Below, one piece after another: positions 27,606 through 41,493 of a DNA stretch of 64,000 nucleotides. The position numbers and the translations under genes are program-made. Each line of letters starts with the position of its first letter. Position 1 is the first letter of the stretch. Source of the stretch: the human T2T-CHM13v2.0 reference genome, Homo sapiens. Where the stretch lies: the NCBI RefSeq assembly GCF_009914755.1, contig NC_060931.1; one strand, written 5' to 3'. The notes below the pieces were generated by a model, which saw only the letters and a list, made by a program, of their open reading frames with translations, had not been told where the DNA came from and did not search any database.

Positions 27606-28806
27606 AATGTATAAGCCCTCCTACTGACAAAAACTAAACTTGTTAGAAATAATGATGACTATTAACACATGGTTTAACTTAAACCCACTTTTTTTTTTTT
27701 TTTTTTTTCAAAATTCTTCCTGGACAGAGCATTCTCTGAGGTCCTTTCTCTAATGCTATTTCTAGGTCCTTCAGGGCTTGAGAAAAGATCCTCATCTGCC
27801 CATGGCAGGGCCTCAGAGGGGCTTGTGTTTGGTGGCTGGGAGGGTGGGGGAGACGGGGCCTACACAAGATGTGGGGTAATCCCAAATACCAACTGAATCA
27901 ACATACGGGAAACAGAAAACACACTGCAAATTGGATGCATACAGGTAGAAAGGTGGGGTCATTCTAAGAAAATGTTACGCCTAGAAATTATATTTACAAA
28001 ACATAAACTCGGAGAGAATGCTGATGTAAAGGAGGTAACAATTTATGATGGCTTCCTGGGCGTTAGGTCCTCCTACCTACTGTGAGGGATTCAAAGAGGG
28101 AAAATGCCGATCCTTCCTGCAGAAACAGACAAAGCCGTGTGGATGTGGTCGTGGGGGGCCCTTCCAGGTCAGGCACTGACAGAGCGTGGGGACCTACTAA
28201 CTACTGTGGCAAATGAAGTTGGGAGCTTTGTCATGAATGATGGGGCCAGACAGCCACCCACACGCCCAGCAGTGATGACAGGTGGGGCAGGTCCCTGAGG
28301 GTTTTCTGGCCTGAAGAACAGAGGTGGCCTGGCAGCAGCCTGAACAGGAGGCCCCTGACCCGTCAGCTCCTCACGTCTTGGGGTAGTTCCTTCTCTCATA
28401 AGAGGAGGTGATTCTGACGTGCTGCCCGCCAGGCCTGCCCTGTTCGCTCCCTGGTGCATGGAGCCGGGGGAGCCTGGACAGAGGTGTGTGAGGGCACAGC
28501 TGGGAGTCGCTCCCAAAGCGCCCCTGAGGCTGCCTCCCCTCTTCTCTAACCCCAGGTTCAGCCCCAACTCGGGGATCCTGCAGATCTACCGAACATCAAA
28601 TGAAACCAAAACCAAACCCAGAAGTGCCATACCAACCCCATGTGCCTGCCGGAGTGTGGATGGCTCCCTGGGCCCTTCGTCACCCTGGGAACACAGGCCC
28701 TGCCATCTGCTGGGTTGGCCGCATCCAAAATAATATGACCGAGGCCTGCCCTGGGTGTGGGAGGATCCTCCTGTGCCAGGCTCACCATCTTTGCTGTCCC
28801 TGGCAG

Positions 28807-28900
28807 CTGGCTCATCGCCATCCTGGCGCAGCTGAACCCCCTGTTCGGGCCCCAGCTGAAGAATGAGACCATCTGGTACGTGCGCTTCCTGTGGGAGTGA
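28807..28900 (+). CDS. ATP6V0E2: ATP6V0E2 exon 3 CDS (exon continues to 28919)
   Basis: tccctggcag|C; [30 protein letters not shown]; total CDS 104+48+94=246 nt = 81 aa; donor CAG|gtaccg at 28920. Confidence 0.96.
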
Positions 28901-29299
28901 CCCGCCGCCCCCGACCCAGGTACCGTGTGGGCGAGGGGTGTGGGTGGGGAAGAGGGGAAAGACAAGGCTGTGGTTAGAGTTCTTGTTGGGATTCAGGCAT
29001 CTATTTATTTCATGAAAAGAAAAGGTGGGGAGGGGACTGAACATCAACTCCCTTCCTGCCTGGCCTGTGTTGGCCGCCAGGGATGAAATGGGAACCATGC
29101 TCCCAGCACCCCCCTCCCCCATCCTCACAGCGCTTCACCCCAAGGCAAGACCCTAACCTGGGCCCTAACCTGGACGGAGGGAGGGAAAGGGTAAGCTGAG
29201 GACTATCTGGGCAGGGGTGAGGGGGCTTTCCAGGGAGGGTTGGGGGCAGTGGAGTCTCCACTGCAAGGCCGGGACCCTTCCATGTGATGTGCTTTTCAG

Positions 29300-30660
29300 G
29301 TGCCCAGCTCTCGGAATGACTGTGGCTCCACTGTCCCTGACAACCCCTTCGTCCGGACCCTCCCCCACACAACTATGTCTGGTCACCAGCTCCCTCCTGC
29401 TGGCACCCAGAGACCCGGACCCGCAGGGCCTGCCTGGTTCCTGGAAGTCTTCCCAGTCTTCCCAGCCAGCCCGGGCCCTGGGGAGCCCTGGGCACAGCAG
29501 CGGCCGAGGGGATGTCCTGCTCCAATACCCGCACTGCTCTGGAGTTTGCCCTCTTTCCCAAGGAGATGCTGCTGGGGAGCTGGTATGGGTGGGGTCTTTC
29601 CCTTTACAGACGGGGCAGATGCCAGGACTCAGCCCATCCTGAGGAGGACACGTGTCCTCATGGAGAGGGTGCTCCGGCCCAGGCGGGGGAGTCGGTGCCC
29701 AGTCAGCAGCTCTGCCACCATCCTGCTGGGAACTGGGGGGGCCTCTATTGGGTTATAGGCAAGGCCTTTTCTCTGGCATGGAATTGTTAATTTTCTGACA
29801 CGTCTAGATGTGAAATTTCTGAAAATGTTGAAGCAGAGAAACATTCACACACAAAAAGCAACATAGTCATGTGGGTCCAGATGGCCTCAGTCCTAGATGT
29901 TGGCACCCTTTGCTGTGTCTCCTCAGAGTATCCTGTTCCGCCTCCTGCCACCTGGACCTCCCTCAGTGGATGTCTTCCCTCCCCCGACCCCAGCCTGTCA
30001 GTCCGAGCACAGTGCAGGTTTGGCTCTGACTTGGGCCTTTGGCTGCAGTGGGGGTGGATTTCAGAGCCTCTCATGGCAGCATCTAAGTGACCAGAGCTGG
30101 GATGAGAGAGGGGAAGGGGCAATGTGAGTGGCGCTATGGGACGGGCCAGCCCTGCTCCTGAGCCAGCCCCGCCCTCTGCCCCCTGGCCCTGGGCTCTGTG
30201 CTAGGGATGGTGAAGAATGGGGGCGTGCCAGCCTGGCAGGAGTGGGAAGCAACACGCAGGGGTCCCGGACCTCTCCAGCCTTGCCCTCACGCTTATCCGA
30301 GCTCCCAGTGTGGTTAGCACAGAGCTCACCCACCTTGCCTGGCTCCCAGCTGGGGCCTGTCCTCACTGGTGCTCCAGGGGAAGAAACGACAGCCTCACTT
30401 CTGTATGGACTGCTGATGTGGCCTGCCATCCTGTTCAGCGGGCATTGTCTTTGGAGCAGCAGGAGACTAGGATGCCTCTCACTCACATGCCAGTTCCTGG
30501 CTGGCCAGCTGCTCAGGGCTCAGGCTGGGGCCTCCCATTGACATCCTCCCCCTACACTCCCTCTCTGAGCCTCCGTCGCCCCTCCTGTTGGGTAAGGGTG
30601 TTGAGTGTGACTTGTGCTGAAAACCTGGTTCATATATAATAAATAATGGTGATGAAAAGA
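29300..30660 (+). other. ATP6V0E2: ATP6V0E2 last exon (3' UTR; coding in an exon-3-skipped form)
   Basis: gcttttcag|GTG acceptor; AATAAA at 30638-30643. Confidence 0.85.
30638..30643 (+). terminator. poly(A) signal of ATP6V0E2
   Basis: AATAAA with downstream ctgtttggtg. Confidence 0.8.
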
Positions 30661-31179
30661 TTACTGTTTGGTGACAAAGCCCTGGCCTCTGCCTGTGTGC
30701 AGGTCCCCTGCCCCGCCCACCTGATTCTTGTTTCTCCAGTGGGTGGGTCTGGGGAGGGGAGCAGGGAAGGATTCTGGGAGCTGCAGTTATGAACACAGAT
30801 ATCCAGGACTACTTTTTCCTGAGATCTGGAGGAAAATCCGGCCCCCTGCTGACTGCCCGGATTCGGCGGAGAACCAGGCCTGGCAGGAAGACCGAGGACT
30901 TGTTCAAGTGCAGCTTTGAGCACCACTCGTCTGGGCCCCAGAGGACACAGTGCAGGACTCCTGCAGTGAAGCAGGTCGCCAGAGGCTTCAAAGCCTCCTT
31001 CATGAAATAGCCTAGGGCTGGGATCTGCCAGCGTCTCGCTGCAGGTCCAGTGGGGAAGTGGGCAGAGGGAGCCCAGCCCTCCAGCCCAGCCTGTAGCCCA
31101 GGGCAGAGCTGAAAGAACTTCCCTGGAGGGACAGGAGGGTGGGGCGGGACTGGAAGACGCACAATGGAGGCACCAGAGC

Positions 31180-31990
31180 ACTGAGGGCGGAAAGCCAGCT
31201 GAGGAGCTTGGATGGATCCCAAGGGCCATGGGAGCCGTGAAAGGGATTTAAAGCAGGGCCGTGACATGGCCAACTGGATTTCTAGCATTATCTCTACAAG
31301 CTGCACAGTGGACGGCAGGCTGGTTTGACATCTTTATTAGGGCCCCTGGTGGAAGTGGTGAGGACAGAGAAGCGAGGGGGGAGCTGCTTGGCTGTGACCC
31401 ATAGAGACCGAGGCTGCCCGTGGTGGGGAGTGCAGCAAGGGCAGGTCTGAGAGTGGCTGTGGGAGCTGAGGTGTTCCTTTGTTTCCTGGTGAGTCGTGTG
31501 TGTCCAGGGCACCCCGTGGAAGTGTAGGTAGTGGCTGGCTGGGCGGGGGGGGCGGATGGTCAGGAGGAAGATGAGGCTGCAGGAGGCAGAGTTGGAGCCA
31601 TCGGCATAAATAACCGGTGATCCCTGAGGGGTGCAGGTTGCTCAGGGGGTTCAGAGTGAGAAAAACCCAGAAGAGAACCCCAAGGAGTGTGAGTTCACGG
31701 GGTGGGTGGGTGAAGGTGGCCTGTGGAGGATGCCGGGAGGTTACAGGTAGCCGGAAGACAACCAGGTGAGTGTCACTCAGGAGGATGAGAGGTTCAACAG
31801 GAGAGAGTGGTTGAGGTAACATAGACCCCCATTGTCCTCTACCCCCAAGAAGTCAAGGTCAGCTGGCATCTTTGGTGATGGGCAGTAAAGTCAGACTGCA
31901 GTGGGCTGGGAGCGAGTGGGCAGGTGGGGGGTGAGAAACACAGTGACCTCAGGATGGGGACCCCGTGGACCCAGTGAAGCTGGACCTGGA
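31180..31990 (+). mobile_element. L2-like LINE remnants
   Basis: gccatgggagccgtgaaagggatttaaagcaggg..tgacatg and gcagtaaagtcagactgcagtgggctggga resemble the L2 3' consensus. Confidence 0.55.
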
Positions 31991-32625
31991 AAGACCAAAG
32001 GGAGCTAAACAAGGAGGGACCTACTGGGCCCATTTTCCCATGTCGCTGTGGGTCAGCCCTGGGCCTGGGGGAACCACTCTGCCAGTTCCTGCCGCTGCAC
32101 CTCTGAAGCCACACCCAGCCCGCCACAGGCCCACCATGGGGGCTTCAGGTTCAGGATGCTGAAGATCCACGTTGGCCCAGGATTGGGGTGGGGGGCATGT
32201 ATCCAAAATGGCTACTTCCTTGTCTCGGCTTCTGCTCTTTGGGTTCTTGCCTTCTGTGATATTGGATTGGTGGCATCTTTAGACACTCTCCCGGGATGTG
32301 TGTGGCTGTGGCTGAATTCTCACTGAGCCCCCTGGGTGGCATCCTCTGGGCCTGGGAGGTGGAGTCCTGGAGAGCTGCTCGCTGCTCTCTGGGCAGCCTC
32401 TGGACTGCTGAGGGCTGGTAGCTCCTTCCCAGGCAGGGTGGCCTTTCTCACGTCTTCCATCCTTCCTTCCTGTGCAGCCATTCCGGGAGAGAGGAGAGGG
32501 TCCCAGAGCTCATGTCCACTCCACTCCCTGGCACGATCTGGTCTCCCACCCTTTGGTGAGGACCGTGTTCCTCCCAGAGGCTTTCCCTCCAGGCCCGAGG
32601 TGGGAACCTGCAGGGTAAGTAGGTC

Positions 32626-33350
32626 TGTCAAAGATAAACTAAGCTGGACCTTAGTTAAATCTACGAAAACAGACCTTATTCATTAACCACTGACAGGGGA
32701 GAAGCTGAGCTCCATTCAGATCTGTGCAGGGGGACTGGACAGTTTAATGGGAGAACGTAGGAGTCGGGAAAGGGCATTCCAGGGCTCAGGAATCATGGGA
32801 GTGAAAAATTACAAAGGGCTCTCTGTGTTATTGTGGCCGGGCCAGCTGTGTGTGCCAGCTGGCAGTGATGGAAGTTAGGTTCTGGCCTCCCCCAGAGCCT
32901 GGGAGACAGGCCCCATCCTTCCTGATGATGCCATTTCAAAGGACTGGCTCTCAGGCTCTTGAGAAAGACACTCCTGGACACACATGCATGTACATCTCAA
33001 AGGGACAAGGGAAGGAGGTACGACTCCAAGTGTTTTTAACGTAAATGCTCTAAGAAAGTGAGGGGGTGGTCAGAGGCCTGTTGTCAGGTGTTGGTAGGAA
33101 CAAACACTAAATGATTTTGACGGCCTTGAGCTTTTTCAGACAGGAACTCAAAGGGTGGCCAGGTGGTCCCAGGGATGCCGCTTTGGGCTGCCAGAAGCCA
33201 TGCTAGGGTTGGTCCAGTCTCTTGGTGCAGGGGTTTGGACGCAGTCACTATGTACCCAACTTCTGTTAGAGTTATCAGTTTCAAACCCCACCCGTGCCCC
33301 CAACACCATCCCCAGTGTGGGAGGCACATCAGTAAATATCAGCCTCTGAC
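32626..33350. mobile_element. Probable solo ERV LTR (family uncertain)
   Basis: TG...CA termini (tgtcaaaga...cctctgaca), ~720 bp, with internal words typical of ERV1-class LTRs. Confidence 0.45.
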
Positions 33351-34289
33351 ACAGATGCTCACGGACCTACACGATGCAAAAAAGCTCTAAAAATGGGCCG
33401 TGACTGAGAGCAGGGCAGCCCTGAACCATACCAAGTGGCAGAGCAGGAAGTGGCCTTGGAGGCCACGCTGAGACAGAGGACAAAGCCACTGAGAAAAAAA
33501 AGTAAAGGTAACCAAGAAAAGTTAAGCTGCACACAAAGAGTATGGCCAACAGAGGGCAGCGCCTGCGTGCAGGATGAAGTCTCTAGCGAGCCCTCGTCCA
33601 ATCTGCGCATTGCTGGGGGTGGATGGTGCCGAGGTCAGAGATGGTGGCCCTAGAGTCATAGGCTTGAGCAGGGAGCCACGATAATTCTCCAGACAGTACC
33701 ACAGCCTGGAGGAAACGCCCTTCAGGAATATTTCATAGTGGCAATGAATGACGAGCATTGAGCCATCATGAGGTGCCAGGCACTGCTTCGGAAACCAAAG
33801 GACCATGCTGAAGAGCTCTGTCGTTCTCCACTCTGATCCCAGGCTTCCCGAACCGTCTTCTGGTTCTGTCTTCCCGAACCGTTTCGTACCTCAGCATCCC
33901 TGAGAGATCTAGCACATTCCATTCTGTAACAGGGACGCCACAGGTTTTTAGTGGAGGGAGGGAGGTGCTGCTCCTGCTGGCCATAGGGTCCACGCTCCCT
34001 GCAGAAGCCCTCAAAGAGCAGCCCTCAGTTAATTTTGGCTGCTTTGAACAGAAATAGGATAGTTGGTAATTCTGGAACAGTGAGGAGCTGGAGGTGAAGT
34101 GAGAGGCGTGGCTAATCTCCTTATCTGTGTGCTGGAAGTGACCTGCTGGTAAAGCTTTGGGCTTCCGGGAATGAAATCAGCTGGCAGGCACCACAGTTTT
34201 GCTTGACTTGTAGCACTGGAAGATGAGGGCAGATGACCAGAGTCCTGTGTGGATTTAGGCCACATACTGGGTTAGCAAATCTAAATACG

Positions 34290-34560
34290 AATCTCTCATT
34301 GGGGAAATGTTGGTCAAAAGATAGAGAATTTCAGTTAGACAAGAGGAATAAGTCCAAGAGACCTAGTGTGCAGCCCATGGTGACAAAGTGCTCAACAGTG
34401 TGTTGTATGCTGGAAATTGATGAGAGTAGATTTCACAAAATGAAAAGTGAGGTAATGCATTTGTTATTAGCTCAATTTAGCCATTTCACAATGTATACAC
34501 ATTTCCAAACATGGTATATACCTACATGTATGCAATTTTTGTCAACTTAAAAAAAAAAAA
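34290..34560 (+). mobile_element. L1MA-type 3' end
   Basis: gaggtaatgcat..attagctcaatttagccatttcacaatgtatac..atttttgtcaactta + poly(A). Confidence 0.75.
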
Positions 34561-34909
34561 GGAATCACTTAAGCCAAACAAAACAACCCATGGAATTCTG
34601 GGATGGAAGCCATGTCTATTACAAGAGAACCTCCAGGGATGAAGGAGGCTGGGGCTTTAGCCAGCTCTCCAGCTGCCTCTGCCCCAGGCAGACCCACACA
34701 GGGCCAGAGTTTGGGAATCATGCGCCGGGTGCAGCCTGCAGTGCTACTTGTCAATGTGGAGTATGGTCTACCTGTAACAGAATAATCTGGAATGCTTGAA
34801 AGTACAGGTTCCTGGGTCTCACACTGCACCCTATGGGTTTAGGGGATTCTAGACTCCACATTTTAAACCAGCTCCCAAGGGTTTTGGTGCTAACTGAAGC
34901 CCTCGAAGA

Positions 34910-35160
34910 CAGGATGTCCAAGCCCTGACACTGTTGACAATTTGGGCTAGATAATTCTTTGGGTTTTTTTGTGGGGGAGGGGGAGCACGGGAGGGCACTG
35001 TTCTTTGCATCCTATGATGCTTAGCAGTACCGCCTCCCTTTACCCACCAGATGCTAGCAGAACCCCTCTCCCTGCTCCTGGCCATGACAACTATAAATGT
35101 CTCCAGCCATTTTGAAATGTTCCCTAGGGAAACACCCCTACCATTGAAACCACTGCCCTA
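34910..35160. mobile_element. MER20-like hAT element (adjacent MER5-like remnant ~34770-34900)
   Basis: cactgttgacaatttgggctagataattcttt..ttagcagtac..tacccaccagatgctagcag..tgacaactataaatgtctccag. Confidence 0.7.
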
Positions 35161-36569
35161 GAACCTCAACCCCTCAAGGGATTTCCAAACTTAGTTATCA
35201 ACCCAGACCCTCGGGAAAGGAGCCTGGGAGGCCCTGAGGGGAGCCGAGTGCCTTCAGCTGGCTTCCCCAGCAGGACTGGAGCTTCTGACCAGGAGACCAC
35301 ACCCCAGCAAGAAGTAAGCCCCCAAGCCGCCAGGGACTTCCAGGTATCAGAGCAGGCACTGATCCCAGCATGAGCTGGTCCCTCTGCGAGCTGGTGCTTC
35401 CCAGGAGGCCGGGGGCAGGGAGCTCCGGCACTGCCCCGAGCCCAGTGGAACTTTGTGTTCTCCCCGCAGGCGGCTTCCTGAGCAGGGTGGGCGGACACAG
35501 TTGGGATGGATGTTCTCACCCCTACAGGACCTCCGCCTTGGCTCCCTAACCTCAGGATTAAGGGCCATGATAGCAGCAAGGGTCTTCCTCCCTCCTGAAA
35601 TGTCAGCATTTCGTCCTCTGACAAAGACCTGGGACACACTGGGGTGGTGACTTCATCTTCCCATTCTGTGTCCCACACAGCAGGAGCCCCAGGCTCTGAA
35701 TTCCTGCGGATTCTGCAGCTTCAGTCAGCTGTGATGCCAGGTGCAAAGGCCTGGCCCTTGGCCGGCAGCAATTGATTCAGCAAACATATTTCTCTTTTTT
35801 CTCTCTACCCAGACTCCCAGAAGCAGTTTAACTTTACTTAGCAGCTCAGCTCAGCTTGGAGGTTGAGAGTGCAGAGTCTACAACTGGATCAAATTCCAGC
35901 TCTGATGATGATTAGTTGAGTGAAAGTGACTTAATCTTTCTGAGCTTCATTTTTATTGATGAATCAGGATAATATTAGTAGCACCTGCCTCATAGAAGTT
36001 GTGCATATGAACTCAGATAATGGACTAAAGTGCTTAACTGGTCGATAAATGCTATTAATTTCATTATATTTACATATTAACTATTTAATTCCATGCCACA
36101 TTTTATTCTGCCAGGATCTCAGCTTCCTTCCCCTTTTCTGTTCCTGTCATGGTCACCACACTGATGCACTTTGCGGAAGAGAAGGTGGCAAGTGCCCTGT
36201 GTGCTTTTATATGTGAGACAGGACCTGACAAATAAGTACTATGAAAAATACCTGGGGCCTGCTTATGTATCTGCATTTTTGTGTTTCCTGTCGAATGTCT
36301 TTAATGTATAAATGTAGCATCTTCTCAGTAAAAACACAAATGCTTTTGGAGGACGGGGGGAGGAAGCAGATACTAGAATTGGCATGCTGTTTCTAAAGCC
36401 CTCTGGGAAAAACAAACATGTAAGAAATAACCAAGATATTCCTGGAAAAGCAGAGCATTGAGAGGGACACTGGCACTCCAGATACTAAAAAGTCTAAGAT
36501 AAAGATACCATTTGCAAGGCTACAGAAATGCAAACAGTGGGGCTGGCACATGAACACACAGACGACTCA

Positions 36570-36924
<355 letters not shown>

Positions 36925-37656
36925 TGAATATGATAAACATAGCAAACCAAATACATAAGGAAGAGATGAGTAGGGCAATGAACAGTGTCCAGAGTCCCAG
37001 CAGCAAAACAAATACAAAATGGAAAGAAACTATAAATGTACTAGAAAAAAATTGGAGAATTTTTAAAATTATCATGTAATAGGGAAGGTCTATCTCAGGG
37101 GAAGAAAGAAAAAAAGAAATCCAGAGGCTATGAAGATAAAACTTTATACATTTAACTAAGTTAAAATTTACATTTTCTTCAAGGCAAAAACCATACAAGT
37201 AGATAAATGAGCAAATGACACAAAAGAATTCACAGAAGAAGACATGTAAAAGACTTTTGAGCATGAAGAGATGCTTAGTCAAGGAAAGCAAATTCAAACA
37301 GCAATGTAACCTCCTTATTACCTTATTAACCTGCTTATTACAGAGAGCGAGACTGTGATAACAGACTGTAGGTCTGTGCTGCCTGCTGCAGTGCATCTCC
37401 CCATGCTCTTGGTGCTCCCATACACGCCAGGCGCCTTCCAGGTGCCAGCACTGGCTTCCTTCCTGGGCAGCAGGCTGGACGTACCATCAGGAGTTGGTAT
37501 ATAAACTGGCTCCCAGAGCTGCCCATAGTGTCGCTGGCTTGCACATGTCCTGGATGGCCTACTGGGCCCAGAAAAGGTGAAATGTGAGGAGCACACTAAT
37601 CACAAAATGACCCGAGCCAAGTCGAGCCAATCCTGGGCTAGACTGGCCAAACCCCA

Positions 37657-38007
37657 TGATATGATTTGGCTGTGCCCCCACCCAAATCTCAACTTGAATT
37701 GTATCTCCCAGAATTCCCCTGTGTTGTGGGAGGGACCGGGGAGGTAATTGAATCATGGGGGCTGGTCTTTCCCATGCTATTCTCGTGATAGTGAATACGT
37801 CTCAAGAGATCTGTTGGATTTATCAGGGATTTCTGCTTTTGCTTCTTCATTTTTCTCTTGCCGCTGCCATGTAAGAAGTGCCTTTTGCCTCCTGCCATGA
37901 TTCTGAGACCTCCTCAACCTTGTGGAACTGTAAGACCAATTAAATCTTTTTTTTTCCCCCCAGTTTCAGGTGTGTCTTTATCACCAGTGTGAAAACAGAC
38001 TAATACA
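37657..38007 (+). mobile_element. THE1/MST MaLR solo LTR nested in an older MLT1 LTR (~37360-38112)
   Basis: tgatatgatttggctgtg..cacccaaatctcaacttgaattgta start and gactaataca end; the flanking sequence ends in MLT1-type ctgactgataca. Confidence 0.85.
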
Positions 38008-38665
38008 GGCCAGCTGATGCAGACATACTAGCCAAAATTAAATGCCTGTTGTTATAAGTCAGTTTTAGGGTGTTTTGTCATGCAGCATTATTGCGGCACA
38101 CCTGACTGATACAATACTGTTACATACAGATCTAGTTCATTAGTGACATACGCTTTCTTTGTCCACCCCCCTATTAATGACCCCTGTGTTACTTCCAGAT
38201 TAACAAATAGTAAGCATCTTTTATATGTCTTTGTGCACATTTGCTGGAACTTCTCTAGGATATATATCTAGGAGTCAAAGAGCTTTTAATATTACAAGAG
38301 ATTGCCAAATTTCTCTCCAAAATGATTGTTTCAATTTACACTCAACCAACCTTGTGGCATGAGCCACAGCACCTGGATGGTAGTTGGTTTTAACTTGCAT
38401 TTCCCTAATAGCTGCTAAGCTTGACTCTTCACCTGTTTATTGGACATTTCGGTTTCCACTTCTCTAATTTGCCTACTCAAATCATTGGCTTGCTTTTCTA
38501 TGACTTTTTTTGGTCTTTTCCCTATTGATTTATAGAAGTTCTTTATATATTCTTGGCTACAAGTTCCCCTAATCCTAGTGAATCTAGTGCCAGGAACAGG
38601 GAAGGAAGGAGGAAGTGGGGAGAGAGGGCAAGATCAGACAGCCTCATTTCTCCTTCTGCTCTTCA

Positions 38666-39004
<339 letters not shown>

Positions 39005-39631
39005 TTAAAAAAATGAAAAGCAAACCACAAACTGGAAGAAACTATTTGTAAAGCATATATCTGTCAAGACTTGTATCTTGAATATATAAAGAACTCATAC
39101 TTAAACAACATGACAAACCTAAGTTTTAAAAGTGGGCAAATTTGAACTCTTACTTCACAAAAGAAGAACTGCAGCCCTACCTTAGATCATGCACAGAAAC
39201 AAATTTCAGGAAGGTCAAAGACCTAACCCCAAAGAGCAAAATGTCAAAGTGTTTAAAGTAAATCATAAGAAAATGACTTCCTGACATCAGAAAAGGGAAA
39301 AATTTTCTAAATCAGGCTGGGAAAAGATCGCTGTGGTACATATTTATGAAAGATTGGCATCCAGATTATATAAACAACACTGACAAATTAATCTAAAAAA
39401 TACAGTTGAAAAATTGGCATGTATATTCCCAGCAACTCACAAGGAGGGAAACTTGAGTGGCCAGTCAGTAGGTGAAAAATATACTTAGCCCCATTAGTAA
39501 TCAGGGAAATGTACATTAAAGTCACAATGAGACATTTCATACTCATCAGATGGGCAAGTTATGTCTGCCAGCACAAAAGGCTGGAGAGGATGGGGGAAAT
39601 GTAAGTAGGGGTGCAAATGGAGGCAACCCCA

Positions 39632-39820
39632 CCCCATCTCCACAAAAAATTTTTAAAAATTAGCCAGGCTAGTGGCTTCTACCTGTGGTCCGAGCTACTC
39701 AGGAGGTTGAGGCGGGAGGATCAACTGAGTCCAGAGTCCGAGGCTGCAGTGAGCTAGGATTGTGCCACAGAACTCTAACCTGGACAACAGAGCAAGATCC
39801 CATTTCTAGAAAAATAAAAT
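39632..39820 (+). mobile_element. 5'-truncated old Alu (right arm)
   Basis: Begins at the end of the left arm (ccccatctc..) directly after an L1M fragment. Confidence 0.8.
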
Positions 39821-41140
39821 ACAGAGCAAAACAGTAAAATAAAATAAACCACTGTGGATGTACAGAGAAAACAGAGTGGCCTGTGAAACGCAGTGGCCAT
39901 ACTTGGCAATTTCAGCTGTGAAGACACAGCCAGGGAAAAAAAATCAAAGACTGGCTTTAATATACATTAAATACATATATTCGTTATAGAGTTATTCCAT
40001 ATTTAATAGTTATTCCAATAACTATTAGCCTTATAGTTCAAATATTTCTTATACCAGATAATTCTTAAAAACACTTCATATCCTAACATCAGAAAGAATT
40101 TTATAATTGGATCTGGGACCATTTGACAATGTACTTGCATGAAAAAAAATCCAAACCTAAATTATGCAGGTTTAATACGCAGCTTACGTCACATGAAACT
40201 GCCCTCTATAAAGCAAGCATTCTGTACATATAATTAATTTTAACTTGATGAAAAGAGCATCTCACGGAAGAAAACATGTAATGTTGAGTAGAACCACTAG
40301 AGAACGAGGAGATATTTCTTCTCATTTATCTGTGATGTTTCATTTCATTTGAATGAAATCAGTTAAGTATATAATTAGGGCCCATAACTCAGTTCAGTTT
40401 TATTTTACAGTAACATTTAAACCCTAGAAAAAAACAACATCTTGACCTGGTTTCCTCTGCTATAAGTGGCAATAATTACAATCATCTTGCTATGTCTCAA
40501 GAAAACTAAAGTAGGCAGTTGGTTTATCCAAATCCATTCCTCCTTCTATTGTCCTTGCTTTTGGAGGCCTGTTTAGCTACTTACCCTCCTCCAGGGTCCA
40601 GAACATCAGACAAGTTCTCCTGGTCCCCACACCAAGGAGAAAGTCTTCAAGAATCTAAACCAGTCACGGTAAATCCATTCCTATTGCTCTAACCAGGTTA
40701 GGCATAGGCAGATGGGGCAAATGTGCTGGGAAGGTTTCTGGGAAAGGGTCTCTAAATTCTTAAAAAGTGCAAGGGAAATCTTCTATCTCTGTATAGAAAT
40801 GTCCAAAGAGGTGATCTAGGAATTTGGCAGCCACCCTGGACCCAGGGGGAACAAACAGAAGAGCTCCAGCTAGTGCCCTAGGCTGCATGTGCAATTCCAT
40901 CGCTGAGCTGCTAAAACAACAGCCCTAGAGCTGCCTCACTTGGGCTTCCTGTTTGGTGAGCTAACAAGCCTCTTTTTGTTCTGAACGTTTTTATTGAGCT
41001 TTATTTTCAAAAAAGCAGCCTGATTCATGCACATATCTTTAGAAGAAATTTAAAACGCCCTAGAAAAGAATATCTTCAGTTTAAAATCTAAGCAATTTGG
41101 AATTTACAGGAATATATTCCTCTTAGTTCCAGTTACTCAC

Positions 41141-41251
41141 CATTAAAAAATAATGGTCCTCAGGTTCAGCTCGAAGATATTTAAAAACCACTTGCTCCAT
41201 GAACCTTTCCATAAGATCCCAGTCTTCAATGATTCCATGTCGTATCGGCCA
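41141..41251 (-). pseudogene. ACTR3B/ARP3-like exon 4 homologue
   Basis: cttcctccag|[37 protein letters not shown]|gtgagt; 111 bp. Confidence 0.92.
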
Positions 41252-41493
41252 CTGGAGGAAGAGACACCAGAGTTGTCAAGCCTCAGTTCACAACAATAAG
41301 AGCAACAGTTTAACAGTGGCACAGAAGAAACTGTGTTATTAAGAATAAAGGTCTCCTTCTCATTGCAGTTGTTGTTAATTCTTGTAAAGAAACAACAGCA
41401 TTTGGAAAAAAAAGATTAAGTTACATTATTGTTCATATTCTCCTCCACTCATTTCCACAAACAAAGAATCACCTTAACAATGACACGGAGGCA

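Noticed and set aside
33400-34030. Overlapping short ORFs suggesting a coding remnant
   Set aside because: No recognisable protein family or consistent frame.
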